Source: Oopsacas minuta (taxonomy: Eukaryota; Animalia; Porifera). Taken from it: a stretch of 64,000 nt of DNA. Of this stretch, positions 10,715-20,872 are shown piece by piece. The position numbers were made by a program, and so were the translations under genes. Location of the stretch: assembly GCA_024704765.1 (NCBI GenBank), contig JAKMXF010000110.1:186001-250000 (forward strand). The letters run 5' to 3'. Positions within the stretch are counted from its first letter, which is position 1; every line of letters starts with the position of its first letter. A model generated the notes under the pieces. It saw only the letters and a list, made by a program, of their open reading frames with translations, did no database searches and was not told where the DNA came from.

Positions 10715-12864
10715 TTATTTACTAATAGACAGTGTTTGTATATCTACAGCTACATCCTGCTTATTAGAAGCAGGCTGTAGGACAGTGTGTATAAGAGGTT
10801 TAGTTAGAGGTTTGTACACGCCCAATCCTCCAGCTGATTCAGATTCCTGGTGAGTATACACAGGCTCCCTCAGTCTCTTTACTCTATAGGAAACGGTCCA
10901 ATAAAATACAAGATACAATAGAACTGTAGAAGTCAGAAGTTTGAATAACGAATAATTAAGTATAATCTACAAATACTTAAGCAATATATTCACATTACAT
11001 CGTTAATATATGACAAACACTCGAATAGTTAAATATCAGAATTCAAAACACGGCAATTGTAAACAGATTATTTAGGTATGAAAGGTTGTGTAATTGGATC
11101 AGCAAACTTCACACGCTTTGTCTTACTCTTATGACAGCGAGTGAAGCGATATACAATATATCTGTAAAGAAATATCTTGAATATTCCCATATGAAGTATA
11201 AACACCATAAAAAACATTATGATACAGAGTATACTCTCAATTATTTCACCTACACGGAATAATACAGTCCACATGTGTATTCTATAGATATACCCGCTGT
11301 ATAGATCTATATTGTATCCAGTTAATAAGTGTATTACACAGGTTGAAGTAATGACAAGTCGTACACGTTCTAATACACAGAGTATCCCATTGAGAATGAC
11401 GTATAAAGCTAGATAGAAGAATACACCCCATGAACCTATGAAATATTGGCAGTACATCCTCTTCATGTTATTGTTACTATTCTTATCGCTCTCATAGTGC
11501 GTTTCTTCAACCCCTGGCTTTAATACATTATTCATTTGTTGTATCTTTCTAGCTAATACAATTAGCTTAATTATACCCATTACAGTTACAATAGGGTATA
11601 AGAAAAAGAATGTTCTCCATGTAATATGTATTAGAAGGATAACTACAACCTCTACACACATCCAAACGAATAGATTCCATTCTCTAAGCCTTATACGTCT
11701 CTTAACGTCATATGCCTTATGGAGATATGACGTCATAATGACAATTAGTGATAGTACTATGTAGAGAAAGATAATTTTAGAAGGATACAGGAGAATTCTG
11801 TAAGGAATACTGTGATAGGTATAATCAAATGGAAATGTTAGAGTGCAATTATCCACGTTTACAGATGGCACTTCTACAAGATATACGAGTTGTCCCATCA
11901 AACACAAATATCCGAGTACAGCTAATAGAAGGATAGCACAGATAAGCAGAGATCTACGGTAATCGACATGAGACTTAACTAACCGATTCATCTCACATGA
12001 TCGAGCATGATACTTCAAGTAATATATCTTTTGACGAGCGAGGAGAGTATGATTTATAAAATACACCAACCATAGACTAGTCATGAGAATAATGATAGAG
12101 ACAAGAACAAATTGGAAAATCACCAAATCGAATTTCAAATCGCTCTCAGCTACTCCTACTTCATTAGTAGAATTAGGAATACTCAATATATCCATTTGTA
12201 ATACATCTTTTACATTCATCTTATATAAATATGAAATAGTTTCAGAATGACATTAGCTGAAATAATTTTTCCCTAAGGATAAATTCAAGAGACATATTAT
12301 ATTATATCTACTAAAATGTGGATAAAATAGTATAGGTTGCAGTTTGATAAATGTAAGCACAAATATATTACCAAATAGCGTTTAATACTAACCTTTTTTT
12401 ATGCACTTTAGACTTGAAATGATGTTGTAAGGAAGAATCATCAATAAAGTATCGGCTATAAGATAATAATGATAATTAATAATCGTTAATAAATATATTC
12501 TATAATGTATTTCACTGCAAAATGGTAAATAATGGGAATATTCATGTGGCAGGTAAACTTGCTTGCGGGCGGTGGAGCTGAAACTTTCTAATTAACAGTG
12601 ACTATATGTTTTGTGTTGACTTTCTAAAAGCAATTTGTCAGCTAAGCTTTCAAATAAAACAAATTCCTACCTACAATGCAGACACAGATTCTGTCCCAGA
12701 CCAGGTAACTGTACATCTACTTTAGGATTGAGTAGCTGCTTAGCTCTCTGAGGCATGAGATCCTCAACTATTTGATCCAGATCTCTAGGTCTCCTCTTTG
12801 TTTTTGCCTTCTTACGAATTGATTTATTTATCTTATGCACCTTTTTCTTAGCGTATCGACCCAT
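10715..12864 (-). CDS. ZNF593: Zinc finger protein 593 / Bud20 (60S biogenesis), 3 exons: 12864-12671, 12455-12393, 10883-10715
   Basis: MGRYAKKK..KTKRRPRDLDQI..LPGLGQNLCLHC | S-RYFIDDSSLQHHFKSKVHKK | R-VKRLREPVYTHQESESAGGLG; both introns are phase 2 GT-AG and join in frame. Confidence 0.9.
11068..12219 (-). CDS. Intronless ~7-transmembrane protein (orphan, GPCR-like topology) nested in ZNF593 intron 2
   Basis: 383-aa ORF with about seven hydrophobic segments and Cys in two predicted loops (VDNCTL, TSTCVI); no DRY or NPxxY motif. Confidence 0.7.
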   Translation of the reverse strand: MNVKDVLQMDILSIPNSTNEVGVAESDLKFDLVIFQFVLVSIIILMTSLWLVYFINHTLLARQKIYYLKYHARSCEMNRLVKSHVDYRRSLLICAILLLAVLGYLCLMGQLVYLVEVPSVNVDNCTLTFPFDYTYHSIPYRILLYPSKIIFLYIVLSLIVIMTSYLHKAYDVKRRIRLREWNLFVWMCVEVVVILLIHITWRTFFFLYPIVTVMGIIKLIVLARKIQQMNNVLKPGVEETHYESDKNSNNNMKRMYCQYFIGSWGVFFYLALYVILNGILCVLERVRLVITSTCVIHLLTGYNIDLYSGYIYRIHMWTVLFRVGEIIESILCIIMFFMVFILHMGIFKIFLYRYIVYRFTRCHKSKTKRVKFADPITQPFIPK

Positions 12865-13293
12865 CAGGAATATATGCAAGACTTACTGGATTGAAAAATA
12901 AAAAATACATACAGCCAACTCATGTTGTCAAGTATTATTATACTTATATTCTGAACTTGTAATTTATTACCGGTTTCTGTTCAATGTAATGTATAAATTT
13001 TAAGGTATATTATTCAATAAATGTGTACATAGCTTTAGTATAGTACATGCTGATACCTTTACGATTTTGCAATTTTGTTCCTAATAATAATTTGATTGTA
13101 AAAGCAGCAGGCAATATCTCCGCTAGTTGTTTTTCAAATCTTACAGTTACAGAAAACATTGGCTGTTAACGCCGCCGTTAAAACCAATGAGTTGCCGTTA
13201 CCAGTTAACGGCATTGTTACCTGCCCTGGTGATATCATACAACGCAACAACCTTTGTCAAAACTTAAAATCCAGTAGTAATATAGTATAGTAA

Positions 13294-15573
13294 TCAACAT
13301 CTCTCAAACACTTTGTATAACTCGTGTAGATCTGCTAGCTGTAGAATAGCTCCTTCTTTCAGAAGTGATTCGGGTGGCATCATCTCCTTCCTTAGGCTAG
13401 GCATGACTGTATGTTCTATAACACGCTTCCAAGGAGACCTTTCTCCTTCTTCAATACCACCAACAGCTTCCACTGATTCCCGTATAGCGTAGAATCTACT
13501 AATCTCACGACCTATCATCTGAAAACAATCCATCTCTACCTCCCAATCAACTTCTGTAACTAGTCGCATTATAAAGAAAGGTAGCTGATTCATATTAGGT
13601 ACATAGCCATCTAATAGCATTGGGATTGTACAGATATTTCCATTAGAGTCTATTTCTAATGAGAAATAATCTGATAACATTTTACACTTAGATTGGAGAG
13701 AAGTCACCATGAAATTAGCCAGAGACTCTTTGTCACCATCTCCTTCTTTCCAGCCGCTATTAGGGGATTCTAGTCCTATGATTGCTAGCTCGTATAGTGA
13801 GAGAGGTGTTGAGAACCGCAGACATGCGAAATTCGCAAAATCCAGTACATAAAGTTGGTAGAATAACTCCTCAGTAACGTGAGTAAGATTAAGTAAATAC
13901 AGTCCTGTGTCATATTGTACTAATACCTGTGTTTGATCTACACAACCTATATAGGTGTGATTCTGGAACAGCTGATGAAGTGTTAAGTAATTCTTCTTGA
14001 TAATATCCTGCTTCAGAGTTAGTACACTCGTTAATTCAACTTTACGTATATGATTTCTGCGGTTATTAACTAATGGAGTAGGTAGTAGTGATAGAGTAGG
14101 ATCTAATTTTGCTCGTTTTGATTCACTCACAATTTCTAAATCAGATTCTTGTGAAGATATAAGACAAACAGATGGATTAATAGTCTCAAACTTGGGTGTT
14201 TTCGTAGAATTAAAATTGTTGTCTGTTTCCATTCCATCAAGGTGTATATTTTCTATAATTTCTGTTGTTATTGTTGACAAGGGATCATTATTAACAGGTA
14301 TCATACTCACATCAGGATTTTCACATATCTTAGACTTTGTTTGTGTATCAATTTGAGTTGATTGTGCTGGAAAGAATAAATCTAATTTTTGTATTTTAGG
14401 ATCTGTTCTAACCAGATTATAATCGTAGTTCTTCTCAATAGAATTGTCCTGTGTTTTAGTTTTAAGAATCTCACTCGCATTGACATGAGAGGTAGTAATA
14501 GATTTCTGTATAGAAAAGCTTCTACTCGTATTCGCGGTTAATAACACTTTATCTACAGCTCTCTCTATGTAAGAAACAATAGCTTCTTCATGCAAGAACC
14601 TTACCTCATGTTTCGTAGGGTGTATATTAACATCTACGTTCTGTGGCAATAACGATAGAGACAAGTATATAAATGGGTGTGTGTGTTTGGGTATATACTG
14701 TGCGTATAAGTTTTCTATTGCATGTTTGAGTGTATTACAGTCTACCAAACGATTGTTAATAAATAGAATAAATGTTAGTTTCTTTCCTGAGAAATTAGGA
14801 TTAGTGATTACTCCGTTGAATTTAATCTCTAGGTCACTACAACTATCTTCTACGTCCAATAATTCTCTCTCAATAGCAGCACCATAGAATGACCTTATCC
14901 TATCTCTCTGCGTAGCAGAGGAAGGAGAATTAACCTCCAGAGTAGTAGATCCTGATTTCTTGAGTGAGAAAGCAAGAGAGTCATTGTGAATAGAATATTT
15001 GGTAACTACATCTGATATTCGATGAAACTCTTCTGTAGGATTAGTGAGAGCTTTTCTCCTCAATGGCATGTTATAGAACAAATCCTCTACGGAGATAATT
15101 GTACCTATATTACCAGCACACGGTTTGGGGGAGGGATTATCACCAGCTAGCTTACCATCTCTGTACTTAGCTCTGTATGCACATTGTGTATCCATGGTGC
15201 GTGTTGTGATAGTAATATACGAAACATGCGACAAGCTAGACAGAGCTTCGCCTCTGAATCCATAAGTTGATATCTTTGAGAGATCTTCAAAAGTAGCTAG
15301 TTTGCTGGTTGTAAATCTCTCACAGACAATAGCCAGATCGTCTCTATTTATACCATGACCGTTATCTTGTATCTGTAGGAGCTTGAGTCCACCCGCGTTA
15401 ACTATTATTTGTATATTAGTTGATTTAGCATCAATACTGTTCTCTATAAGTTCTTTCAAACCGTTAGCTGGTCTCTGTACAACCTCTCCAGCTGCTATAC
15501 GGTTTATAACGGATTCTTCTAGCTTCTTGATACGAGATACATTTGTGTCTGTGTTGTCTGCTGCAGAAGACAT
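13294..15573 (-). CDS. MLH1: DNA mismatch repair protein MLH1, intronless
   Basis: IKKLEESVINRIAAGEVVQRPANGLKELIENSIDA, GFRGEAL ATPase motifs and the invariant C-terminal LYKVFERC. Confidence 0.98.
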   Translation of the reverse strand: MSSAADNTDTNVSRIKKLEESVINRIAAGEVVQRPANGLKELIENSIDAKSTNIQIIVNAGGLKLLQIQDNGHGINRDDLAIVCERFTTSKLATFEDLSKISTYGFRGEALSSLSHVSYITITTRTMDTQCAYRAKYRDGKLAGDNPSPKPCAGNIGTIISVEDLFYNMPLRRKALTNPTEEFHRISDVVTKYSIHNDSLAFSLKKSGSTTLEVNSPSSATQRDRIRSFYGAAIERELLDVEDSCSDLEIKFNGVITNPNFSGKKLTFILFINNRLVDCNTLKHAIENLYAQYIPKHTHPFIYLSLSLLPQNVDVNIHPTKHEVRFLHEEAIVSYIERAVDKVLLTANTSRSFSIQKSITTSHVNASEILKTKTQDNSIEKNYDYNLVRTDPKIQKLDLFFPAQSTQIDTQTKSKICENPDVSMIPVNNDPLSTITTEIIENIHLDGMETDNNFNSTKTPKFETINPSVCLISSQESDLEIVSESKRAKLDPTLSLLPTPLVNNRRNHIRKVELTSVLTLKQDIIKKNYLTLHQLFQNHTYIGCVDQTQVLVQYDTGLYLLNLTHVTEELFYQLYVLDFANFACLRFSTPLSLYELAIIGLESPNSGWKEGDGDKESLANFMVTSLQSKCKMLSDYFSLEIDSNGNICTIPMLLDGYVPNMNQLPFFIMRLVTEVDWEVEMDCFQMIGREISRFYAIRESVEAVGGIEEGERSPWKRVIEHTVMPSLRKEMMPPESLLKEGAILQLADLHELYKVFERC

Positions 15574-15799
15574 GTTCTAATAGTGTAAATAATATTCAAG
15601 AAAACAAGGAAATGAACACTATGAATCAATATTGTAGGGTGTTATAATAGGTTCATTCATTAACTACCGTTAATGATTAAGGAAATTTTTGTGCTAATAA
15701 CGACGAATCTATGTCTGCAGAATTATTTACAAACTAATACTATAATGTAGAGAGATATAAGCTAAGCAATATATATATATATATTGCAAGTGTATATAA

Positions 15800-15964
15800 G
15801 GGGTCGTTCAAACGTTACATAACGCAAAATTCCCTAAATTTGAAGTTTCCCATGTGTCACGCTTTTTGACCGTTGAATAATACAAAAAGAATGGGCTGTC
15901 ACAGTTTGCATACCACCCGGCACCCCATCCCCTTGGTAGCGTTACGTAACATTTGAACGGCCCC
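15800..15964. mobile_element. PIF/Harbinger-like MITE (165 bp)
   Basis: 26-bp TIRs ggggtcgttcaaacgttacataacgc / gcgttacgtaacatttgaacggcccc (3 mismatches), flanked by TAA on both sides. Confidence 0.85.
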
Positions 15965-16155
15965 TAACTAGTTTTGTGATTGAATTCTACTGTATTAATT
16001 ATATAAAGAGAACAAAGGATTTAAGAGCTTTCAAATAGATAAAATATAGAATGTTAATCGGTCGAACATATCAATATTAATGCTAATTGACTATACTATA
16101 ATCATATAGCTAAGTAGAGAGTAAATATTCAGAGGTATACCTCTTCCTAAACTAT

Positions 16156-17388
16156 CTATAAATATATTACCAATTTATCCCAACCTAAGAGTATGATGTT
16201 TCCTGTTCCTCTGTTTATAGCAAAGCACTTTACACTGTTTGGTCCGTAACGAAAATTATCAGGATCAGGTAATCTACGGGTCCAGGCATCTAATAAGGTA
16301 CCTTCAGTATCGAATATTCGAATTTCAGTTCTATTAGAAGAAGAAAACAACAGATTTCCACTTGGATCAAGATCAAAATCACAAGGTTCAGGTTGAATCA
16401 TTATACATTTTTGTAAGATATATGTACCTTTAGAATATATTCTAATTGGATATTGCTCAAATGTAGCTGAAGGTTTAACGAATAGAATTATACAGTCTCG
16501 TGTTAGTTTAACATTCAGTGGAGAGAAGTTACCTTTCCCACAAATGTGAGACTTGTAAAGCAAGAATTTATTGTATCGAACAACTCTTTCATTACCTGTA
16601 TCACAGACATACACATGACCATCTGATTCATCAATTGACAACATAGTAGGAGTATTTAGCACGGCATTAACATCGTCTAGAGTTCTTATAAGTTTAGGAG
16701 TTTCGTCGTTACGTAATCTATATTTTTGAATTAAGTTAGAAGATTGAGAAACAACGTAGAGGTTATCTTTATAAATACAAATGCCAAAAGGTGACTTCAA
16801 TTCAGATTTGCCGAACGATAGTAAAAGATCTGCTTTTTCATTGAAAACATATATATAACCAGTTGAATAGCTAATGTAAATATATGATGTGATTGGGTCA
16901 ATACACATACAACAAGCTTTTTCTGTTTCACTTACTCGTTTGGTTTGAAAAGGGTATTTCTTTAGAGTATAGTCAATATTAGCTAAATATGGCTTATCAT
17001 GACGAAACCCAACAATATTGAGAGTTCCTAGATCCGGTACCATCTCTTCAATATCATCATTCCAATCAAAAGATACTTCTAGATCAGATATTTCCTTCTT
17101 CATATTATCAATCTCATGATCTAATTCTTTGGATACTTTACATTGAAGTCCACTAAGCAAATTCATATTAAGAATGATACCAGATTGAAGTTTGAGTTCT
17201 TCTAGTTTTATGAATGCTTGTTCACTTTCTTTAACTAAATGTTTGTAATGAGATACTACCTCTTCTAATTGTACAAGTATTTCATCTCTACGTGTGTTTA
17301 TACGTAGAATAAGTTGGTCAAATTCAGTGTTTATCTGTTGACGAATTTGCAAAGATTTAGCTAGGACGTCTGTTTTCAATGTGGCCAT
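16156..17388 (-). CDS. Coiled-coil + NHL/beta-propeller protein (TRIM-NHL-like, lacking RING/B-box), gene 1
   Basis: N-terminal BBC-like coiled coil (FDQLILRINTRRDEIL); NHL-like blades CMCIDP, PFGICI, PTMLSID..YVCDTGNERVV, PCDFDLDPSGNLL. Confidence 0.75.
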   Translation of the reverse strand: MATLKTDVLAKSLQIRQQINTEFDQLILRINTRRDEILVQLEEVVSHYKHLVKESEQAFIKLEELKLQSGIILNMNLLSGLQCKVSKELDHEIDNMKKEISDLEVSFDWNDDIEEMVPDLGTLNIVGFRHDKPYLANIDYTLKKYPFQTKRVSETEKACCMCIDPITSYIYISYSTGYIYVFNEKADLLLSFGKSELKSPFGICIYKDNLYVVSQSSNLIQKYRLRNDETPKLIRTLDDVNAVLNTPTMLSIDESDGHVYVCDTGNERVVRYNKFLLYKSHICGKGNFSPLNVKLTRDCIILFVKPSATFEQYPIRIYSKGTYILQKCIMIQPEPCDFDLDPSGNLLFSSSNRTEIRIFDTEGTLLDAWTRRLPDPDNFRYGPNSVKCFAINRGTGNIILLGWDKLVIYL

Positions 17389-17641
17389 GGTAGTCAGAGA
17401 TAATTAATGTAATGAGATATAAACTAAACAATATTTAACACGAAAGTAAATAGCTCACTGTATAACTTTAAGGCAGGGTAGCTATACCATGAGAGTGGAG
17501 TAATTTCTAACTATTTGTGACATGAGTGTCATGTTTGATGTGCGGGGTAAATACGAACTGGCTCTCGAAAAATAACACTCTCCTAGATAATTATTAAGAT
17601 ACGCAAGAAGATAACATATTTTGTATTATATTAATATTCAG

Positions 17642-17700
17642 CAGCGATTCTCAACCTTAGTCACCCGTGGACCCCCTTGCATAGAATACAATGCAAAATG
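17642..17700. mobile_element. hAT-like MITE family B fragment
   Basis: cagcgattctcaacc...cacccgtggacccc resembles the CAGCGGTTCCCAA termini and gtggacccc core of other copies. Confidence 0.45.
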
Positions 17701-17859
17701 ATTCCACAAAACTATAAAAGATGTAAGTATTATTAAAGTAATCAAAATAAAAAAGCCAAAGTAAGTTTATGGGTTTAAAATCTATAAAAACTAAATACTA
17801 TGTTAGATATTGAAATGTCACGATTCTCTTGCTATAAAACATTTAGATTCTAGGATAAA

Positions 17860-18975
17860 TATAAGGTGTTAGAAGTTAAGACAACGAATCTTGCAGTTTT
17901 CCTGTTTAAAGCAAAACTTTGCAAACATTTATTGTTAATCTTAGGAGGCAATCTATTCCAGGTGAATAATAATCTATATATATAAAACAAAGTGTGTGTA
18001 TGTGTGTCCACGCGTTTTCTCAGAGATGCCTGGACCGATTCGAACCAAATTTTGTGTGTCGACTAAATAGTACTCAACCTTTCCAAATAAGAAATATTTT
18101 TCGAATTGAACCATTTTTGGACAAGATATGTGAATTTTTCACACCTCGCCCATATAAATCAATGCATTTTCGGAGGAATCTGATTGGTCAACGTTGGCCA
18201 GTCAGATTCCTTCCTTCGTATATTATGAATATGTCTAGGAATTTGGTCCAATCAGATTCTACCAATTACAATAGTTACTATTCACAGGTTATTGATCCCG
18301 TGGAGTAATGTGGAGAAAGTGATACCCAACTTCTCCGCATCACTCCAAGGCCCTTCACAAAGCCTTCCACAGGAACTATCTTAAAAGGCTAATAAAGTAC
18401 TTTAGTATAAATAGTACTAATACCTCACCTAAAATAAATAATTGCACTTGAAGAATTGACTTAATGTAATGTTGTACCATCACATTACAACACACTTAAA
18501 CGAATGCCGCATGGCAATGTAATATGTTTTTTGATTGTTCACTGAGAGCTAATACATGTGACCGTGTAGCATTCGCAAACGCCAAAAGAGAATCATGAGG
18601 GCCAAAGGCCCGAAAAAGCATTCCGCAGGAACTAGCAGAAAAGCCGCCCAGAGGGCGGCGTTGCGGCTAGTCTACCATAAGAATCAAATATATGAATTTC
18701 AGGTCCATTTGAAAACAATAAATTTCCACCTGGATCAAGATTAAAATAACTGGGCTCAGGTTGAATCATAATGCTCTTTTGTAAGATATATGCATCTTTA
18801 GAATAAATTCTAATTGGATATTGCTCAAATGTAGCTGAAGGTTTAACGAATAGAATTAGACAGTCTCGTGTTACTTTAACGTTCAGTGGAGTGAAGTTAC
18901 CTTTCCCACAAATGTGAGAATTGTAAATCAGGAATTTATTGTATCGAATAACTCTTTCATTGCTGGTTTAGACAG
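17860..18975 (-). pseudogene. Partial duplicate of the 3' part of NHL gene 1, interrupted by a Helitron
   Basis: 18690-18965 closely matches 16330-16600 (identical run ttctaattggatattgctcaaatgtagctgaaggtttaacgaatagaatta). Weaker homology resumes left of the Helitron (17870-17972). No 5' part or start codon. Confidence 0.8.
17973..18670 (+). mobile_element. Non-autonomous Helitron (698 bp)
   Basis: Starts TC (tctatatatataaaa...gtgtgtgtatgtgtgtcc), ends with hairpin gccgccc-aga-gggcggc then CTAG, inserted between A and T without a TSD. Confidence 0.85.
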
Positions 18976-19255
18976 AAATCTGATTTCAAGGAAACATCAC
19001 TCTTCGTAAAAGTAGCCATAAAATGCAATGTTGTAAAAAAGTATTTGCTATACAAATATATGACTAAACTAGAATAAATATGATTAGAGTGATTTACAGT
19101 ATTCGATATGTAAAATTAAAATGCAAATTGTTCAATAGCATGCTGTGAGAAAGGAACAAAATTATCTCTTAGTACATATATATGGTAATTATCATAGAAG
19201 AGATTGGCAGTTGCTTCACTAACGACAAAGTTGAAATTCTTAGATCTCCAAAAGT

Positions 19256-20526
19256 TCAGAAAATTAGTAAAAGATGTTTATCACAGATGATAACTATATG
19301 CCCTGATTTCTTGTCTAAGGCAAAACAGTTAATGAACTGAATTTCACCAGAGAGCATCTCTGTTCTATCAATTGAGTGAATTAAATCTCCACAAATATTA
19401 TACACACAAAACTCTTCTGACTAGAATGAGATACCAAAATATTTTCATTCATATCAATGTCGAAGTTAAAGGATTGGATTTCACTGAAAGATCTCTTCAA
19501 GATAGACTTTTGAAACGGATTTCCTTCACTTTTGGAGAAGAGAGAAATTTCAAATGAATTCGATACGAGATAACCTAAACCGTATTGTATAAATAGAATG
19601 AAAATAAAATTTCCAGAAATCTTAACATCAACAGGAATAGAATCTCTCTTACCACAAACTTCAGAATGGAATTTTAAGAACTTCGTGTACCTGACTATAC
19701 GTTTGTTACCTGTATCACATACATATACGTGACTGTTATACTCATCAATTGACATAAAAGTAGGATTTTTAAGAAACCCTTTCATCTCAGCAAGGCTGCT
19801 AGTCTTCTTTGGTATAGAACTCTGGAAATATTGATACTTTAGGATAGAATGGGAAGAGGATTGAGATACATAAATCTTATCCTCATGCACAGCAATACCA
19901 AAAGGTGAATCCATCTCTTTATCATGTTCTCCTATACGAAGCAACGGTTCTCCAGCTGTATTATAAACATACACAGAAGATTTTTCATCCTTTCTGTCTG
20001 TAATATAAATATTTGATGTGTTTCTATCCACACAGATACCTCGAGGATCAGATAAGCCTAAACAATTGCTCGTTTTAATGGGGGATAATTTAGATTTATA
20101 TTCAATTGAGTGTATAAAATCTTTGAGATTATTTTCAAAGCAAAGTGTACCTAGATCTGATACAAGTCTCTCTACAGTGTCATCCCATTCAAACGTAACA
20201 TCCATGGTTCGTATCTCATTTTCTAAGTTAATAATTTCAGTATCAATATAACCATGTATTTTGGTCTGGAAACTATTAAGTAGATTCATACTGAGAATAT
20301 CTTTAGAGTTATGTTTGAGATCTTCCAGTTTATTGAATGCTTGTTCACTTTCCTCAGTCAGCTGTTTATAGCGAGTTTCGTATTGTTCTAACTTCTTCAA
20401 GAGGTCATTTCTGCGTGTGTTGATACGTTGTGTGAGCCTGCTAAAGTTTGATTTAATTTGGAAGCGAATAGAAGCGGATTTTGTTAGAAAAGTGTTACAA
20501 ACATCTGGAGAAGTAGCTATAGCCAT
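19256..20526 (-). CDS. Coiled-coil + NHL propeller protein, gene 2; apparent 1-nt frameshift near 19410
   Basis: Paralog of gene 1 (PRGICVD, PFGIAV, PTFMSID..YVCDTGNKRIV). The called ORF stops at 19381, but another frame continues FCVYNICGDLIHSI...CFALDKKSGHIVIICDKHLLLIF* to 19256, matching the C-terminus of gene 1. Confidence 0.7.
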
Positions 20527-20872
20527 GATATTTCTAGTAAAAAAACACTATAGTTAACCCCAATTATATGAAATACAGTGGGCTCTACCTATCAGTAATA
20601 ATTTTGTATAAACAACCAAACTGTAAGTATGCACAATCTTGCAACTAGATTGCTATTTAGATTCAGCAAATGACGGACACCCTCACATCAACAAAAATGT
20701 TTGCTGTATTTTATCGAAGGTTGCTAGTTTGACTTGCACAAAATTACAATCTTTGAGAGGGTCATGACACCATCCAATGAGTTAAATAATATTAAACACC
20801 TCTACACATAAGGAGCATAAGATACATGTGCATAGCTTAGATTTAAAACAACATAATATCCTTGTACTGACG

